Source of the DNA: Vicugna vicugna
Lineage: Eukaryota
Reading direction: 5' to 3'
Length of the DNA: 64,000 nucleotides
NCBI GenBank assembly: GCA_013265495.1
Contig: MU057801.1
Location: forward strand, 1,977,879-2,041,878
Shown: one piece after another, positions 10,216 through 21,612 of the stretch
Layout of the letters: every line of letters begins with the position of its first letter
How positions within the stretch are numbered: position 1 is the first letter of the stretch
Made by a program: the position numbers and the translations under genes
Notes under the pieces: generated by a model
Told to the model about the DNA's origin: nothing
The model's input: only the letters and a program-made list of their open reading frames with translations
Database searches by the model: none

Positions 10216-13200
10216 TCCTCCCCTGCGCCCCGTGCGCGTCCTCAGCATCACGGCGCGGGAAATCCCAACACTGCGCAGAGAGAGGCGTGAGGCTGCGCTT
10301 CACAGGCTGACCTCCCAGCTCTAGTCAAATCAACACTCTTAAAAGACAGTCAACTTGCTCAAAATGACACCACATATTGAAAAGATCGTTCTCATGTCTC
10401 TGGACGAGGTCAGAGCTGAGCCGAGCTCTGGGTCAAGGACTCTCCAGAATCAGAAGGGTTCTAACCCACTCGTGACTCTTCTCAGCAAAGCACCAGACCT
10501 GGCTTCTACCCCATGGCTTTCCCGCCCTTGGAAAGTTAAATTCAGCATTTTATTTTTGTTCTGATAGTAACTCCCGACCTCTCCCCGTTTCCAATTCCTT
10601 CTAAACCCTCTATTACGTGCTTTTCCCTCTCCACCCTCTTCCTGAAGTCGGCTGGCCCAGAAGACCCCAGCTTCCGGGGTTTGGGCGATTCCCTCTCTTC
10701 ACCCCTCCCAGCTCACTGTTCCTCTTTTTGATTTTCATCTTTTCTCTTGTTTTCTATTGTTCCTACATTCTTCCCACACACATCCCACACCCCATGGGGC
10801 CATCTTCCACCCAGTGAGGTCCTCCCAGTGACCCAGACCTGACAGAAGCCTCCTTCATCTTTCCGGAAGGGCCATCAGCTGCCCGAGCCAGCCCACCACC
10901 GTTCTCCTGCGGGCTGCTTCAGACCAACCTGGGGAGGGTGCTCGGGGGTGAAATGTTTGCCAAGTTGCACCCATTAGATAGAAAAAAAAAATCTTCCACT
11001 TGGACTTATTTCCGGTGATGTGGAAGGTTGCATTCTCCTAAGCTGACCATGGTAACCACCGATTCTGTAAGAAAATGGAAACCCTGCACATAGGGACAGA
11101 AAACCCCCCCTTTTCCATGGGACCTGGTGAGTTGCTGAGTGAGAACAGGGGTCCCCACGAGCAGCAGCTGCTTCACCCACTGCTTAGAAAGACAGAAAAA
11201 GTCATACTGGTGGAAAGACCGCAGTGGGGGTGGGGGGACAGAGGACGCATTTCTTAATTTGCCAATAGCATCGTTCAGGGCTGTTCTCTTCCTTACCTGG
11301 TATCTCAGCAAATGCGTCTGTGCCGTATTTCAGTTGGCCTTTGGGCTTTCTCCAGGCTCACACACACGGCGTGACTCTTGCTTTTCCTTGCTCTGCAGCA
11401 TGCGTACCCCACTGGCTTTGCATCAATCTGCTGCTGGCAGCATCTCAGGCGAGGTTCCCAGACACGGAGCCTGCGTGTGACTTCTTGGGGTCATGGTGCC
11501 AGGAGAAGGCAGGAAGGGAGTGGGGGAGCCCACAGACTGAGGACTGAGTGACTAGCACCTCATTCCCTCGCCATCATGAGTAAAGAGCCCTCCAGGGGCT
11601 GGCCACACACTCTCAGGCACTTGGGACTCTCTGGGGAGCCTGCCAAGGGGCTCCTGGAGCCCAGGGGTGGGCTCTGATGGAGCAGCCAGCGCAGAGGCCC
11701 TGGAAGCCCCCACCAAGTGGCAGAGGTGGGATAGGGAGGCAGTAGGGCACCAACGTCATGTGTTACAGGTTTGCAAATTTTGCTATCATAGCGAGTGCTG
11801 CAACGCGTCTTCTTCACGCCTCTCCTGCGCGCGCCTGTGTTCCTCTAGTGCCTGGCGGGTCTGGAGAGTCACACAGCACGCCCTGCGGAGGTGCCCTCTG
11901 GGGAAGAAAGGGGGCGTGCTGGGGTGAGGGCGTGTTAAAGGAAAACCTGTCCTTACCTGTCCTGCTATAATTTTTTGCAAAGACAAGGCACCTGCATGTT
12001 GCTCTCGTATTAAAGTCACACTGCAATGTTCCCAAGAGCAACAAATTCAAATGCCAGCAGCTCCGGCCCAGCAGCCGCGGGTCACCTCCTTGCTCTGAGT
12101 TCCTCCCCTCTGGGTTACAGTCAGTGGTCACAGGGATGGGACGGAGTCCCCTTGCATGTGACTCCAGGGATGAGGGATTCTGTGATCCAAGGCTCCCAAT
12201 GTGGCCTGCATTCTCGTCCATCCCTCCCACCCGTGTGATGGGGCGTGTAAATCAACCTGGGTCTTAGTGTCCATTTAAAGGCACATTTCTCCATGTTCCT
12301 GGAGCTGAGCCAGCACGCGTCTGACACACACTTACAAATCCTCAACCCGCTCCACGGGTGCTGGGCTCACAGGCACTGTGGATGTCTTCAAGGAGTCCCA
12401 GGGCCGGAGCTCACAGGGGTAAACGCAATGCGCTGTGTTAGTCACCCCCCGACAGCGGCAATCCGCCTTCCCTGGGCTGGGTGGAAGGGTCGGCGCCTCC
12501 TGCCAAGGGGGCGACGTCAAGTCAGACTGGAGGAAGAGGAAGAGCCCTCCAGGCTGAACGGGACCGAGGGCTTCCCCAGCTGAGGGACATGCCAGTGCAC
12601 AGTGGGGACGTGAGCCAGCTGTGGCAGGACAGAGGGTCAGCCTGTTTGAGGCCTCTTTTCTCGAGAGGATGGGAGTCACTGAGGGTTTGGACCAGCTGTC
12701 TCCCGGCAGTGTGGAGCGCAGTGAGACTGGACCTTGGCATGGAGGGGCTCCTGGCACGCTACGGGTGCTGCCCACAGACTGCATCAGCTGTCAGGCCCGC
12801 AGGGTCGCCTTGGATGCAGAGGTCACGGCCCTTCCTGGGGTGGCCCGCAGTCAGCACTGGTGGATGTGCTCTCAGCCCCACTCCAGATGACCCTGAGGGC
12901 TGCACCTGCTCTGGGGCTCCCCATGGGGTCCAGCGAGACCATTCTGGAGCCACATGGAAGCTTACGCCCACCTCGCCCCACCGCCCTCCCCGCTCCGCCG
13001 GGCACTCATCCCCCTGATCCCCCGTGGGCGTGGCACGTGCTAACCCCACCTAGAGGCTGCCCCAGGGCCCCAGTGAACAGGCATGTTGGAGATGGCAGCG
13101 CCCATCCAGGAGCGGGGCGCTGCAATGATGGAGACAGCCAGGCTCTGCCTGTGATGGTTTCTCTGGGAAGCTCCAGGTGGACACAGGATGACATCAGATG

Positions 13201-13804
13201 ACTTGAAAATACAGAACTGGGGGTGGGGGTGGGGTCAAAGTTCTGTGTCTTAGTTTCAGGCCCCTCAGAAGTCGATCCAAGGATTCAAGTGCAGGCTGGG
13301 CGTCTGGCTGAGGAGACACCGGAGGAGGATTTGGGGAGTGCGACCAGGAAGGGGAGGCGCTGATAATGGCCCTCAGGAAGCCAGTTCCTGCCCTGGGCCA
13401 CCCGTCAGCGCAGCGGGCAACCTGCACTCCCCACGGAGCCCTGGGGGCGGGAGGGAGCTGGGCACCTGTGCTCTGATTCCTGCAGCTGCTGACCCAGCGG
13501 GGCCGCTGGGGAGTCTGGTCCTCCGGGCACGTCCAGTCCTGTGCGGAGAGGGAGATTCTGCCTCCAGAAAGCTGCAGATTCTGGCAAGTGCAAGTCGGGT
13601 GCAGGGGAGACACCGAGCGCCCTGGCCTCATCCCGGTAAATTCTAGCGTCTCCCCATGGCGAGAGCTTGGGGCTCACCCCCCTCCCCGAGCCTCAGCCCC
13701 TCGGTCACAAGACCAGGCGAGTGGCGACAAGTGCCTCGGAGTCCTGTCAGCGTGAAATGTGACTTCGCTTTTGTTCTCAAATGATATCTTTAAGGATGGG
13801 GGAG

Positions 13805-13975
13805 GGGGAGGGTAGATCTCAGTGGCAGAGCATGCGCTTAGCACGCACAAGGTCCTGGGTTCAAGCCCCAGCATCTCCATTAGAAATAAATAAATAAACC
13901 TAACCACCTCCCTCCCAAAGTGACAATAAAATTAAATCCTAAAAGTTAAACCCTTTAAAAGTAAAATAAATAGAA
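13805..13975 (+). mobile_element. tRNA-derived camelid SINE (Vic-1-like)
   Basis: GGGGAGGGTAGATCTCAGTGGCAGAG (A box)...GGTCCTGGGTTCAAGCCCC (B box), then an AAATAAATAAATAAACCTAACCACCTCCC tail and an A-rich end. Confidence 0.88.
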
Positions 13976-15361
13976 AGAACGAGTGCCGGGGCGGGAGAGA
14001 CAGGTGGTCGTGTAAGAGTGCCGACCGCTGCGATCACGTGCCCTGGATGCGTCCCAGGCGTGGAGAGGCCCCGGTCTTCCGGACGAGGCCCACCTTCCAA
14101 GGACGGGTTTTCAGTTTCACGTGCAGTCAGTCAAACTTCTGTGCTGCCAGCGACCTCTAGAACTGTCTAGAAGGCAGTCACGCCATCTCCTCACTTTTAA
14201 GGCCACCATCTGAGGACGGTGAGGTGAGGTCAGTGTCCCCCGGAGGCTTAAGGGGACTGAGGGTCCTGTCCCCACTGCAGTGCTGGCCGCTCCACAAGCC
14301 TCCCCCTTACTTGGAGGAAGGCAGATGGAAATGCCTGGCTTCTAAAGCCGCGAATTCCCAACGCCCAGCGGCCAAAGGGTCAGCTGAAGGGCTGGGTAGC
14401 GACGAACTTTGTCACCTGTTAAGTAGAAGGCGAGCTGCTGCCGCGCTGCGGGCTTCCTGGTGACGTGACTCACCCGCAGGGAACGGGGGCCCGCGGTAAC
14501 CTTGTCTCGCCGGGGAAAATCCTCAGGTGAGGGCCGGACCTCAGCCGCTCCCAGAGCCTGGAGGCCAGAAGGCTGAGGTCACAGAGGGGAACTCTACAGT
14601 TCGACCCTCAGTGCTTTTGTGCAGAAACCCAGGACTGTGATGGCTCCCACCACACGTGAGAAGGGACACCCGACTTTCAGGGCTATTGCTGCAAAGCACC
14701 ATGGAACTCCTCCCGCCCGTGTAAGAACTGGCACTCCCTGGGTCTCAGGCTGACTTGTAACCGACAGCCTTTGGTTAGATCCCCGTGTGGTTAATGGGGC
14801 CTTAAGGCAGTCTCAAGCCCTTCAGAATTTATCACGTGCTGCCCCTCTCTGTTTATTTGTGCCACTGTCCCAAGAGGCCTTCCTGTGATTGAGTTTTATG
14901 ATCTAGACACTCATCATTTTGAGTTTTAAATCTGGATAACTTCTGGAGGACCGCGTCCCACCGCCTAGTCTCATTTTAGACAGAACCACACAGGTTTAAG
15001 TGAGAAAAGCCCACGCCTGCACCTCAGCTCGAGATGTTTCAGACTCTCTGACCTGAGCGTGAAGAGGAAAGGCCGAGCCTGCGATTCACTCTCCGCTCAG
15101 TTTCAGGCCCAGGAGCGCTGGAGGGATGTGCGTGTGTGAAGGGGTGGGCAGGAGACTGACCCGCATCCAGCCCTTGCCGGGGGTCGTAGCAGAGGAACTG
15201 GTGTCCATCCCCAGGGCTGCCGGCCGTCTGCGCGAGCTGACTGGGTGCCAGCGCCCAGCAGCAGCCAATCACAAGGTGCCAGAGGGGGGCCTTCGCCTCA
15301 GTTGCACTCGGACTTGGGAGGGTGGGAAGGGATGAGCAGAGTAGCCAGCAGGCAGCACCGA

Positions 15362-15805
15362 CTGCTGGGTTTCTGGGCAGGGGTGTTGGGCGGGGGTGCT
15401 AGGGTGGNNNNNNNNNNNNNNNNNNNNNNNNNNNNNNNNNNNNNNNNNNNNNNNNNNNNNNNNNNNNNNNNNNNNNNNNNNNNNNNNNNNNNNNNNNNNN
15501 NNNNNNNNNNNNNNNNNNNNNNNNNNNNNNNNNNNNNNNNNNNNNNNNNNNNNNNNNNNNNNNNNNNNNNNNNNNNNNNNNNNNNNNNNNNNNNNNNNNN
15601 NNNNNNNNNNNNNNNNNNNNNNNNNNNNNNNNNNNNNNNNNNNNNNNNNNNNNNNNNNNNNNNNNNNNNNNNNNNNNNNNNNNNNNNNNNNNNNNNNNNN
15701 NNNNNNNNNNNNNNNNNNNNNNNNNNNNNNNNNNNNNNNNNNNNNNNNNNNNNNNNNNNNNNNNNGGGGTGCTGGGCTGGGATGCTGGGTGGGGTGCTGG
15801 GGTGG
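15362..15805 (+). repeat. G-rich minisatellite (unit about GGGGTGCTGGGY) interrupted by a 358-N gap (15408-15765)
   Basis: The same degenerate unit occurs on both sides of the gap: CTGGGCAGGGGTGTTGGGCGGGGGTGCTAGGGTGG and GGGGTGCTGGGCTGGGATGCTGGGTGGGGTGCTGGGGTGG. Confidence 0.75.
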
Positions 15806-17539
15806 ACTTCTTCCCCTGAACTACCTCTTCTGCAGGAACCCCCCTCCTCCTTAGGTTTCCAACCCTTTCTCAAGTTTCTGTAGGCAATCTCATAAGTCAC
15901 CTCTTTTTCTGGTGGGAGAATATTCTGGAAAATGGGCAGAGAAGGAGCCTTCCGCCCGCAGGTTGGTGGGAAGGTCTGCCTTAAAATGTTCCACGGTCTG
16001 TGCTAAATCTGCCGGGCACCCTCAGGGCCTGGAATAGCCACGGCCGAGTTTATTTAAACGTTTACAAGGAAAGGGGAAGGCGCACCACTAGGGTGTGTTG
16101 AAGCCACTGTTCCTGAAGGGCTTGTGTGAGAAAGGCCAGAGTCGGGGCTGGGAGAAACCTCAGTTCTGCTTTAGCTCAGTCTTGCTCATCAGCACGGACT
16201 TGTCTCGGCAACCGTGTCAACACGGGGCAGAACCTCCTGCTAGTCACCAGCTTTGAAGTCCTGGGATCAGGCCTGTCTGCCCTCGTCAGCCCCCTGCCCC
16301 TGGGCTCTGCTGGGGGCGCCCCCTCGTCCCCAGCTTGTCGTCCAGTCTAACAGGTGGTCGACACCAAGGTTTTCGTGGCTTGACAGACACACTGATGATA
16401 GAATTTCAGGAGAGCGTCACCATTAGAATCAAGCCCTTGACCTGGGTCTCCGATTCTGCCGCTTCCAAGCTGGTCGCCGTGGGGAGGTCACGTAGCCTCC
16501 CCGAGACTCCGATTTCTTCATCCCCCAGGAAGGAAATCCCTCCTCCTTCTCAGCCCGCCGGGCACCCGTGGGGGCTCCCAGCGAGATGCCAGTCAGGACC
16601 CACGGAAGCGCAGCGAGACGTGTGCCTGTGGTGGCAACAGCTGAATGCATTTCCACTGAAGTCACGAGGGGTCTGACTGACGACCTCCGGCCCGGGAGCT
16701 CTGGGCGGCAGCGTTACCGGGGCGGCTGCAGGCCTGCCCGCCCGCGGAGCACGGTGTCTGCCCAGGAGGAGACAAGGGAGGCCAGGGTGTGCTTGCCTGG
16801 AGGGCGGTGGATGCTTCCTGCAGAGAAGCTAGACGTCCCCCTCCTCCTGCTGCTCCTCACCGCATCGCGTCCTCATCCTGGGACGGAGTCCTCAGGTCTG
16901 AGGTTGGCATCTCAGAGGGCAAACCTGTTCTCCCACAGAAGGTGACGTAGGACACTGGATTGTTCTAACTCAAGGCAAATGTTTCCAATGTTTTTCATGT
17001 TTTTTTCTAAAACCAGAGAAATAAGTTTTGACTGGCCCTGTCCTCGCCCAGAGCTCGGCACCGACTTTGGGCTCAGGCTCGAGTGAGCCGGCTCTGCCCC
17101 CAGCCCAGCCCCTCGGGAGCTGGGGGATCCTGAGTGAGCTGGGCAAGCCCCAGGAACTTGACCTTTAAAATGGGGCGAGGACACACATGTGGCCAGAGAC
17201 TGTGACGGTGACCCGAGATCTCAGGGCGGGGTGGGGTGAGGCTTTGCCCCACGACCTAGTGCTCAAGGACACAGAGGTCTGCAAGCCAAAGGGTCTGGCC
17301 GTGCCTCTTACAGACCACTTGCTGCCTGGGGGGACGTGGAATGGGTTTGGCCCCCTTACAGGTTTTTGGTTTTTTTTAAACAAAGGTTCGCATCTACTCA
17401 TGAGGACTAAGAGCAAACCCTTATTAATGAAAATATCAAGCCAGTGTCTCTTCAGCCCCTCAGCCAATCCCACTCTCTCCTTGATCCACCCGCTGTGAAC
17501 GTGAGTCCGTGGCAGGTGGTGGAGGAGTGTTCTCCGGCC

Positions 17540-17690
17540 CATCGCTACTTCAACCTTACGGTGCCCACCGGTCACCCGGGGGCTCCTACTCACAGGAAGC
17601 TTCTGCTTCAGAGGGTCCAGGGGCTGAAGTTCTGCGTTTCTCATGTTTCTCACAAGCTCCCAGGCAGTGCCGACCTCCCAGCCCAGAAAC
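17540..17690. mobile_element. MER5A/MER5A1-like relic
   Basis: CTTCAACCTTACGGTGCCCACCGGTCACCCGGGGG...TTCTGCTTCAGAGGGTCC...TTTCTCACAAGCTCCCAGGCAGTGCCGA. Confidence 0.65.
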
Positions 17691-19123
17691 AACCAGTCCT
17701 GGAGGATAAAATGGTCACTGACTTGCTTTGAGGCTCAAAGTCTCTTTCTTGAGCCCATAGCAAGGAAGCAATTTTTGAAAGCCAAGTTTAGGGGACAGAA
17801 AAAAGATATTTTAAAATCTAGAATCTTCCTTTACATGAAGAGAGTGCGGATGGACAGGCTCAGATCCTAAAATCGTCACCATGAGCCGTAGCAAAGGGGT
17901 GTTGCAAGATGTGACGTGAACCCACCGCCCAGCAAACGGGCAGCAGGACCCGACCCCGGCCCCGGAGGCTCAGGGGGAGCGGAGCAGCGGCGGCTTCCCG
18001 GCTCTGCCTCCTGACGCCCGCGCCCCGGGTGAGGGAGGGGTGCGGAAGCAGCTCGAAGGTGTCTGTCTGAGACTCCAGAGACATCTGGGCGTGTGTCCCC
18101 TCTTCCGACAAGGGAGGGCAGCGGTAGAGAGAACTGCAAGGGGAGCCTGGGCTTGGGGTGGAAGGTCCTGCCCTGGTGTCTGAAGTCTTCCTCACTTGCC
18201 TTGGTCGGGAGTGGGGGCCGGGCACTCCTGCCACGGGCCCCCTGGGGTCGGGGTGCAGCGCCACTGCGGGATGGCACTGTCGTGCCTGCTGGGGGGAGCG
18301 GTGCCAGGGCGAGGGCAAGGTGTTTGGTGGGGAATTCAGGCTGAGACTGAAGGTGAGCATGACCAGGACCCCTGAAGGTGAGACTCAGCCATGTGTGTGG
18401 ACCCCCCAGCCCTGATCCAGATATGTGCTCTCCAGACCCCACCCCAGCACAGGGGATTGTAAGGCCCCCCCCAAGAACCCGGCAAGGCCAGCACTGGGCA
18501 GGGGCACTGGGGGCTGCTGTCCAGACCAAAGAAGAGGACTCCTTCACCTGGGGTCAGCAGACCTAGGGGAGGTCCCGCCCAGGCCCAGGGGTGACCCAGG
18601 GACCTCCCTGACACACGAGGACGTGAGCGTTTCCTGAAATGATGAATCTTGGAAAGAAGGAAGGAGAGAGATAAACGGCCCGGTGGGAAGGAGCCTGCAG
18701 GGCAGGCGGGGTAATGAGCAGACAGGCTGGGCAAACACAGGGACGGTGTGACTTTTAATTAGCAGACTCGCGTGGCCCCAGTCTTCAGAGGGAGCGCAGG
18801 TGAGAGTGACTTCAAAGTTGAGCCCAAGCACAGGAAATAAGCACTTTTTTCTCGGCACCTGGGACAGCAGTTCACAGCGCCACCCCTGCCACAGTGTTGT
18901 CAGCGATAACATCTCACCGCTCCGACACCAAAGCATTTAACTCCTGTTTCTCTTCTGGACTCTGCCTTATACGTACTATTTTAACTTCATAACGAGGACA
19001 GAAGCCTGATACTTCACTGTCGTTGAGAACTGGACGTTGTGTTTTCCATATGTCCACGCTTGCCCAGACTTCTGAATCTTTCTTGTTATATATTCAATCT
19101 TGCTGCCATTTATAGAGAAAAGC

Positions 19124-19260
19124 GGGAAGGGTACAGCTCAGCGGTGGAGCACGTGCTTAGCATGCATGAGGTCCTGGGCTCCATCCCCAGTACCTCTGTT
19201 AAAATCGATCAGTCTGTCCCTCTAATTACCTCCCCCACAAAAAAATTGAAAAAGAATAAA
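19124..19260 (+). mobile_element. tRNA-derived camelid SINE (Vic-1-like)
   Basis: GGGAAGGGTACAGCTCAGCGGTGGAGCACGTGCTTAGCATGCATGAGGTCCTGGGCTCCATCCCCAGTACCTC...CTAATTACCTCCCCC followed by an A tail. Confidence 0.88.
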
Positions 19261-19409
19261 ACCAGCCAATCCGTGTATATGGATGTCAGTGTCCAGATAA
19301 CACTGACACGTGTGCATCAGACGTGCATTTAATCTTCCTCTCGTAGTAAATGATGCATCTAAGTGCAGGCTAACGAGTTAGAATGACTCAGGACCAAAAG
19401 CCCTTCCTG

Positions 19410-19960
19410 ATCCACCACCCAACAAACATTTACTGAGCGCCTTCTGTGCCTGAGGCACCAGGGATGCCCTGAGGACCGTGACCCAGACCTTGTCCTTGGG
19501 GCTGTGCACACGCGCGAACTCCCCCAGTGCCTGGCACCCGGGAGGCCGGGTGAGAAGGGGGGGCCTGCTGGAGTGGTCCGGGGCGGGGGAGGGGGTGTTT
19601 CAGCTGCTTTCAGTGGGAGTCGGGGAAGAACACCCCATTTGGAAGGAACGATGTGAGCATGGATGTGGGGGGGTGGGTCGGGACATGTTCTGGGAACAGT
19701 AACTGGACAGTCGGGCAGGGATGTGGCCAGAGCCGGGGTGGTGGGACGTGGGGCTGGAAGGTCAGACCCAGGCTACGAGCTGCCTGGCCCGGAATCCCAG
19801 ATTTCATTCAGTGGGGCACGGGGAGCGATTGAAGCTGTTGGGAACAGAGAAATCAAATGTCTACGGTGGTGGATTAACCCACTAGAAATCCCGGACGGGG
19901 AGTGATGCACCAGAGACAGGAAGACAGCGCGCTCGGCACCGGGCAGCTGAGCAGAGGGCA
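19410..19960 (-). mobile_element. L2 LINE 3' relic
   Basis: CAACAAACATTTACTGAGCGCCTTCTGTGCC is the reverse complement of the L2 3' end, and degenerate L2-like sequence follows. Confidence 0.65.
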
Positions 19961-21577
19961 GACTGGAGGCCGAGGAGGGAGAAGCTCAGGACTGGGCAGC
20001 GTTCCCTCTTCTCCCCTTTTCCATCTAGAGGCAAATAAGATGCTCTCATGGAGCTGAGCGCCTTGCATCCAGCTGCCGCCTGCCGAGGTCAGGCGCGCGA
20101 AAAGCCGGAGCCTTTCCTGAGATTGGCTGGGACGACCTTCACCGGTGCTGCCGGGGCAGATGGTTAGCGTGTTTATAAAAGGCCTCGCACTCAGACAGCG
20201 GCACCTGAGAATCAAGGCAGAAGTGTCGCTGCTGGTGGGAAATGCGTGGGTCAGCGGAGGACAGTCACCTTGCCACTTGTCATCAGGGAGGCGCGGTGGG
20301 GGGTGGGGGTGGGGTCCCTGAATCCACGCAGAAACATCCCTTCCTCCACGGACGGGAGTTCCGTGGCACGGAGACTGTCCTTCGGTCCCGTGTTCCTGAA
20401 AGATGACTGTCCTTCGGGAGGGACAGAAGCTGAGGTGTCCGGGACTGGGGGCGGGGTGAGGCCTTTGACGTGCTCTCGGCCACACTAGCCCTCGAGATGA
20501 ACCTCTGGGCCACACCCACCCCTTCAGACAGGGCCTCCCACAGCCTCCCTCACTGTCCTGGAGTCCTCTGGTCCTTACATTCGGGGATGCTAACGCCTGC
20601 CGTTGGCTCGTGGGGCTCAGGCTGAGCAGAGCAGCTCGTCATTATCCAGGGGCCGGCTCTGCACCTCGCGTGAGCCTCAGGAGACACGTGTCGGGAGCAT
20701 CTGGGAAAAAAGCTGCTTTGCTCTTCTGAGAAGCCGTCTCCACCCTCCCTCCTGGATGTGATGGAAGAAATGTCATCGTGAGGGTTTCTGGGAGCCCTCG
20801 GGGGCAGCCCTGTATGAAGCTGTCCGTGCAGCGTAAGATGAGAGAAGCAGAATAAACCGGGGCCACGTTGTCCTCACCGGACCCTGCATCACACGAACTG
20901 GAAGCGTCCCTGCCTCTGGGCCCCCAGGGGTGTGATCCCTGCAGCCCGATCCGGTGTGAGCCAGCAGGGTCCTACTTGAGGGTGGCCCTTCCTGGGAAAG
21001 GCCCAGTTAGGCTCAGCTTCAGCAAAGTAGAGCCTTCTTGGCAGAAAGAGTGGCGTTTGCTGGGTTTGCATGATTCAAAGACCTCGCAGCCCAGCGGACC
21101 TCACAGATGCTGGTAAATTTCCCTCAGACCCTTGTCAAATAAAAATGCCTGTTTCCAACGTGCAGAACGTCTCTCTCCACACAGTCCGGGAGCCCGACGC
21201 CAAGGCGGCGTTTCTCTTCTAAAAGCACCTCCACCAGGACTGCAGCAGTGATAAGGATGATAAGGACGGCTGAAAAGCGAAGGTCCCCAGACTCTGAGGA
21301 CTGGGATTTGCACTTGCAAAATGATTTGCAATGAGACCTGCCAGGTAGCACTTCACGGAAATCAAGCAGTGGGTTTTGAGCACCTAGGTCATTCTTCTCC
21401 CCAGCATCCAAATCTGTAGTAAGACCGACTTGCTAGCTGTCTGGGATCAATGGACTAAGTGCTCAGAATCTCAGAATCGCACTCCTTCACGTGCTGAGTA
21501 ATCGTGACAAATGCTTTGCCACTGGGATGCGGCCCTATTGAACTGACTTACCTTGATTCCCTAAAGGAATCGGGCTT

Positions 21578-21612
21578 CTTTGTTTTGTTTTGTTTTGTTT
21601 TGTTTTGTTTGT
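21578..21612 (+). repeat. (GTTTT)n microsatellite
   Basis: TTTGTTTTGTTTTGTTTTGTTTTGTTTTGTTTG. Confidence 0.9.

Noticed and set aside
11710..11723. CTCF-like CCACCAAGTGGCAG
   Set aside because: Mismatch at a high-information core position, and such near-matches are common in GC-rich DNA.
15245..15900. ORFs crossing the second gap
   Set aside because: Artefacts of translating N runs.
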